Shown here one piece after another: positions 59,176 to 64,000 of a stretch of 64,000 nucleotides of DNA (positions within the stretch are counted from its first letter, which is position 1; each line of letters starts with the position of its first letter). Below the pieces are notes generated by a model. It was not told where the DNA came from. It ran no database searches and worked only from the letters and a program-made list of their open reading frames with translations. The position numbers and the translations under genes are program-made. This DNA is from Eledone cirrhosa (lineage: Eukaryota), in contig OZ024751.1 in NCBI GenBank assembly GCA_964016885.1, positions 33,604,001 to 33,668,000 of the forward strand, written 5' to 3'.

Positions 59176-59861
59176 GTAAATAACATATTTTCTTTTACTT
59201 TTTACTTTATAAACCCACACACCTTTGTCTCTTACCTTCCCCATATATATATATATATACACACACACTCAGTGTCCCCCAAAAATGTATACATCATTCT
59301 AATAAATATTGCCTCTACAGGTAATCAAAGTGTATACATTTTGGGGACATTCTATATATATATATACTGTTAATCATTAAAAGATGCCCCTCCACCCGTA
59401 CCAGTGTTATCTAAGGGTGTGTGTATCTGATAAAGTCTAAAACTAATAAAGTATAAAATAAGATTTATTCCATCTTGTTTAATATTTCAAGTTTATGTCT
59501 ACAAAATAAAGACTTAGTTAACCAAATCACTGAAAAATTAATCAGTTTTATTTTATTTTTGTAGCTAAAATAAAAAAAAGAAACGATTGCTTTAAGAAAT
59601 AGTTTATATGAAATATTGTAAAACTGTTCTGACAAGTTTTCATGTTTTGTGAAATCTTAGGAACTACCTTTCATATTTATCTAGAATTATTGATATTTTA
59701 TTACCTTATCCTTACTTTTAGAGATTCCCTTAGCCATTTCTTTAGACTTTCATCTCAATATCTTAATATTAATTTCTTAAATGTTTCCATAGATTAAAAT
59801 TTAGAAAGTGATCGAATCTATTGTGTTCGATATCAACTGTGTTATAGCACTACCTAATCTT

Positions 59862-59939
<78 letters not shown>

Positions 59940-60459
59940 GTATGTATATGGTTGATGCACGTGGATATGTTATTGCTAACACTTCGTAAACTTTTGCACT
60001 TTTCCTTCCCAACTTAAAAGTCATTTTCATCGATTTTACAAGCAAACAACTTGAAAGTGATCTGTGTAATTTTATCGATCTCATCATGATCATCTTTATC
60101 ACACGTATTGCATGTTATATCTGATACTTCTTTCTATTGCGTATTTTATTAGCACGAGTACTTTCTCTCTCTCACACCCTCCTTCTCTCTCACACACAGC
60201 CTCCTTCTCTCTCACACACAGCCTCCTTCTCTCTCTCCCTCACACAGCCTCCTTCTTTCTCTCCCTCTCTCTCACACACACAGCCTCCTTCTCTCTCACA
60301 CAGCCTCCTTCTCTCGCTCCCTCTCTCTCACACACAGAGCCTCCTTCTCTCACTTTTCTTTTTCCCCCCTCTCTATACACCCTGTCTTCATCCCTTAGTC
60401 TCAGACTCTCTTTTCCTCTGGTGTGTGTTTGTGGTTCTCTCTCTCTTCATATATATATA

Positions 60460-60540
60460 TACAAGGTGTCCCAAAAATGTATACACACTTCAACAGTATT
60501 GTAATAAAACTGTGTATATATTTTTTGAGGACACCCTGTA
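60460..60540. mobile_element. Tc1/mariner-type MITE; related copy 59271-59352
   Basis: Imperfect TIRs CAAGGTGTCCCAAAAATGTATACAC / GTGTATATATTTTTTGAGGACACCCTG flanked by TA. Confidence 0.65.
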
Positions 60541-61719
60541 TATATACCGTATATATCCAATTAAAAGTTTACACATAGCTCTCTAAACAAACATGTCCCT
60601 CTGTAGATGTTTATAAGCTAAACTCCCATGTTACTTGACACCCTACTAACCTTTTATAACCCCTGTGTCAGACCTGATTGAGAAGACCTATAAACACATT
60701 CCAGTCGTGACTATCCCGTCCTTTTCTATTCTTTCCTGCCATGGTTAGCTTTGTCTTTCATCCTCACGGAGTCGATAAAATGAAGTACCAGTAATACACT
60801 GAGATTGATTTAATCGACTTTCCCCTCTCCCTGTGCCTAAAGTAGAAACCATTATTATTATTATTACAGTAGATATGATTTAAGGAAGTGTTGTTGTATT
60901 GTCTAAAGTCTAAAGATGTTTTCTTTATTTTCCTATATAAATTCTTCATCAAATACCATTCCAGTCAGTATTCTACGCCTCCTCACAACTTCACACCAAT
61001 TTTTTTTAATTTAATATATAAATGGTTAACTCTCTTTTGCTCTACAGTAAATATAATACAGTATTCGTTGGTAGTCGGCTAATAAGGAGCGCCGTTTTTA
61101 CTGTCATTCTTCCTCATTATTCAGACATCAAAGCGACGCAGTTTCTTCTCATAATCTATGGTGCTGTCGTTTTCAATTTCAATATTTATTATCCAATAAT
61201 ATTTCTATTGTATCTCACAAAATAGAAACGGTGATAGTTTAGCTTCAAATTATGTTTTATATTTATAAAAAAATAATTAAAATATATTCGTTAAGAAAAG
61301 AAATTTGTTCAAAAACAGTTTTACAAAAAAATCCTGTTTTTGTTGGTTATTGGGAATATGATAAAAGACTTTTGGTAAATTATATTAGCCTTTATGGCTA
61401 CACCTGAACACTGTACACAATAATTTCATTATTATTATTATTTAACATTTAGAGTACCTACCCATCTACCTAACTTACCCACGTGCCTCACACACACACA
61501 AGCCTCACACACACACACAAGCCTCACACACACACATGCCTCACACACACACATATCTCCCACCCACTCTCACCTACCTTTTTACCTCAAGCCAATACCT
61601 TGTGACATGCCTTGGGCAGTCCTTCCCCCTTCAGTCTGAAATACTCTCCCTGCAGAAGTTGACCTGCAATAATTTAAATTGAACATCGACAGCATGAATC
61701 TCATTGGTCTTGGAAGGCC

Positions 61720-62082
61720 TGGGTCACAGCCCTTTCCTCCAGATATGGCAATGGTCAGGGTCACAGCCCCTTCCTCCAGATCTGGCAATGGTCAGGATCA
61801 CAGTCCCTTCCTCCAGATCTGGCAATGGTCAGGGCCACAGCTCCTTCCTCCAGATCTGGCAATGGTCAGGTTCACAGTCCCTTCCTCCAGATCTGGCAAT
61901 GGTCAGGTTTACAGTCCCTTCCTCCAGATCTGGCAATGGTCAGGGCAACAGCCCCTTCCTCCAGATCTGGCAGTGGTCAGGTTCACAGTCCCTTCCTCCA
62001 GACCAAGCAAAAATCACAATTACATCCTCTTATTCTAGATCTGGCCAAGGTCACAATCACAGTCACTTCCTCCAGATCTGGC
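61720..62082. repeat. 37-bp minisatellite, ~8 copies plus decayed end
   Basis: TGGCAATGGTCAGGTTCACAGTCCCTTCCTCCAGATC. Confidence 0.9.
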
Positions 62083-63254
62083 AGACACAACCCTTTCCAC
62101 CACCACTCTGCACTCTGCTATTTCCATTATTACCACAGTTTTTTAATGCTACCATCACAATTATATGTTACTGTTGCTTTCATACAAGTCCCAGTTATCA
62201 TTTACTTAAATGATGATAATGATGATTACAACATAATTACCGGTTATTATATTTGTCATCACCATCATAAACCATCACCACAACCACCTCCACCACCACA
62301 ACCACCACCATCACCACAACCACCACCATCACCACAACCACCACCACCACCACCATCATCACAATCAACTACTGACCTCTTATACTGTGATATTAATCTA
62401 ATACCTAAATTTTGGAATGTACTTTATATCTGAACCAAAACAAAATCCCCTTCTCCCTGTCATATATTAAATAAAGCACACACACATATATACTCAGTCA
62501 CCCCACCACCACCAACCTCAGTCATATATATATACCCAGCCTCTCCTCCCCACCCTCACCATCACCACCACCACCACCACCACCACCATCATATATTAAT
62601 GTTACTAAAATCTCAATCATGAGATTTTTTGGATGACCAAAGATTAGTGAGATTATCTCATTAGCCTTCACCTCTCTTTTTGAATTATCCGCTCTAATTG
62701 TAGAACACTGGAATTATGCCATCTACACTCATGTTTCTTGTTATTATATATATGTGTGTGTGCATATTGTGTGTATATATATATTATATATATATAAATG
62801 TTTGCGTGTATATATATATTATATATATATAAATGTCTGCGTGTATATATATATATATATATATTGTTTTGTGTGGTTCCTGTTTTATTCATGAGAGCAA
62901 GGTTTACAAAAACAAATCAAAATATTCAATATGCCAGGAGATAGATTCTATCTAATTTATTGAACTGGATGCTCTCTTAATTATTAAATGATAATTACCT
63001 GCTCCCCTACCCCAGTAAATAATTAATACAGTATTACTGTATTACAGCATGTTATTGTAATGTTTCTCTTTGATGTAAACTGCTGATGAAACAAATACTC
63101 TACACATCATCAGTTTCACATGATTCTCCATGTTTACATGGGTTGAATGGGTTTCTTCCTAACACTATCTCAACATCTTTCACTTCCTTTATAGGGTCCA
63201 GCTTCCTGAAAAGATGTTTTCACCAGCGCAATTCTTCCTTAGTGTCTACATGAA

Positions 63255-63700
63255 CCAGGTCCTCATTCTCCAATACATTCTCCCCTTCAATAGGGTCTAC
63301 ATAGACCAGGTCCTCACTCTCCACTATAATCTCCTCTTCAGTAGGGTCTACCTATAGACCAGGTCCTCACTCTCCACTGTAATCTCCTCTTCAGTAGGGT
63401 CTACCTAGACCAGGTCTTCACTCTCCACTATAATCTCCTCTTCAGTAGGGTCTACCTATAGACCAGGTCCTCACTCTCCACTATAAACTCCTCTTCAGTA
63501 GGGTCTACCTATAGACCAGGTCTTCACTCTCCACTATAATCTCCTCTTCAGTAGGGTCTACCTATAGACCAGGTCCTCACTCTCCACTATAAACTCCTCT
63601 TCAGTAGGGTCTACCTATAGACCAGGTCCTCACTCTCCACTATATTCTCCTCTTCAGTAGGGTCTACATAGACCTGGGCCTCACTCTCCAATACATTCTC
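63255..63700. repeat. ~53-bp minisatellite, 8-9 copies
   Basis: GACCAGGTCCTCACTCTCCACTATAATCTCCTCTTCAGTAGGGTCTACCTATA. Confidence 0.92.
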
Positions 63701-64000
63701 TTCATTTAACAACCTCTTGTAATAACACTTCCATTCCTCTTTCTGTACAGTGTCTTTAACGTTATTCTGATGTCCATAAACACTTCTCCCCTACAACATC
63801 GCCATTCTCTTTATTACACTACCCTGCAATCCAGAACATCAACAAACTGCTGTAGAACACTGACAAACTTCTTACTTTCTGTTTCCTCTCTTGCTAAATA
63901 TTTGATGGTCCTTTAAGCTACCATATCCCCCTACTCTAAGCTGTCTTAAGCTACCATATCCCCCTACTCTAAGCTGTCTTAAGCTACCATATCCCCCTAC

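Noticed and set aside
59565-59605. Candidate STIMATE exon 2 after TTTTGTAG
   Set aside because: Reads AKIKKRNDCFKK-stop and lacks the expected KRxxE..RRPW motif.
63255-63700. Tandem repeat containing CTGAAGA on the minus strand (retrozyme array?)
   Set aside because: No GAAA or stem II/III follows the core.

Overview
Eukaryotic, AT-rich, microsatellite-dense genomic DNA. The SINE/LINE repertoire suggests an octopod cephalopod (inference). Two host genes are supported. (1) An SFMBT1/2-type Polycomb MBT-repeat gene on the minus strand: seven phase-compatible GT-AG coding exons from 7760 down to 734, continuing off the left edge. (2) The first coding exon of a STIMATE/TMEM110 homologue on the plus strand (58848-59175). 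The same two genes are neighbours in human. The rest is introns and intergenic DNA holding Meta-domain tRNA-SINEs, RTE and CR1 LINE fragments, Naiad-like Penelope elements, MITEs and many mini/microsatellites. Almost all long ORFs in the supplied track are repeat artefacts. The most notable items are: a 2.9-kb satellite whose unit is the let-7 8mer target site; several unrelated type I hammerhead ribozymes in palindromic Penelope relics inserted into (TA)n; a chimeric Penelope that carries host flank from a second copy 15 kb away; and a tandem array of duplicated splice donors in SFMBT.
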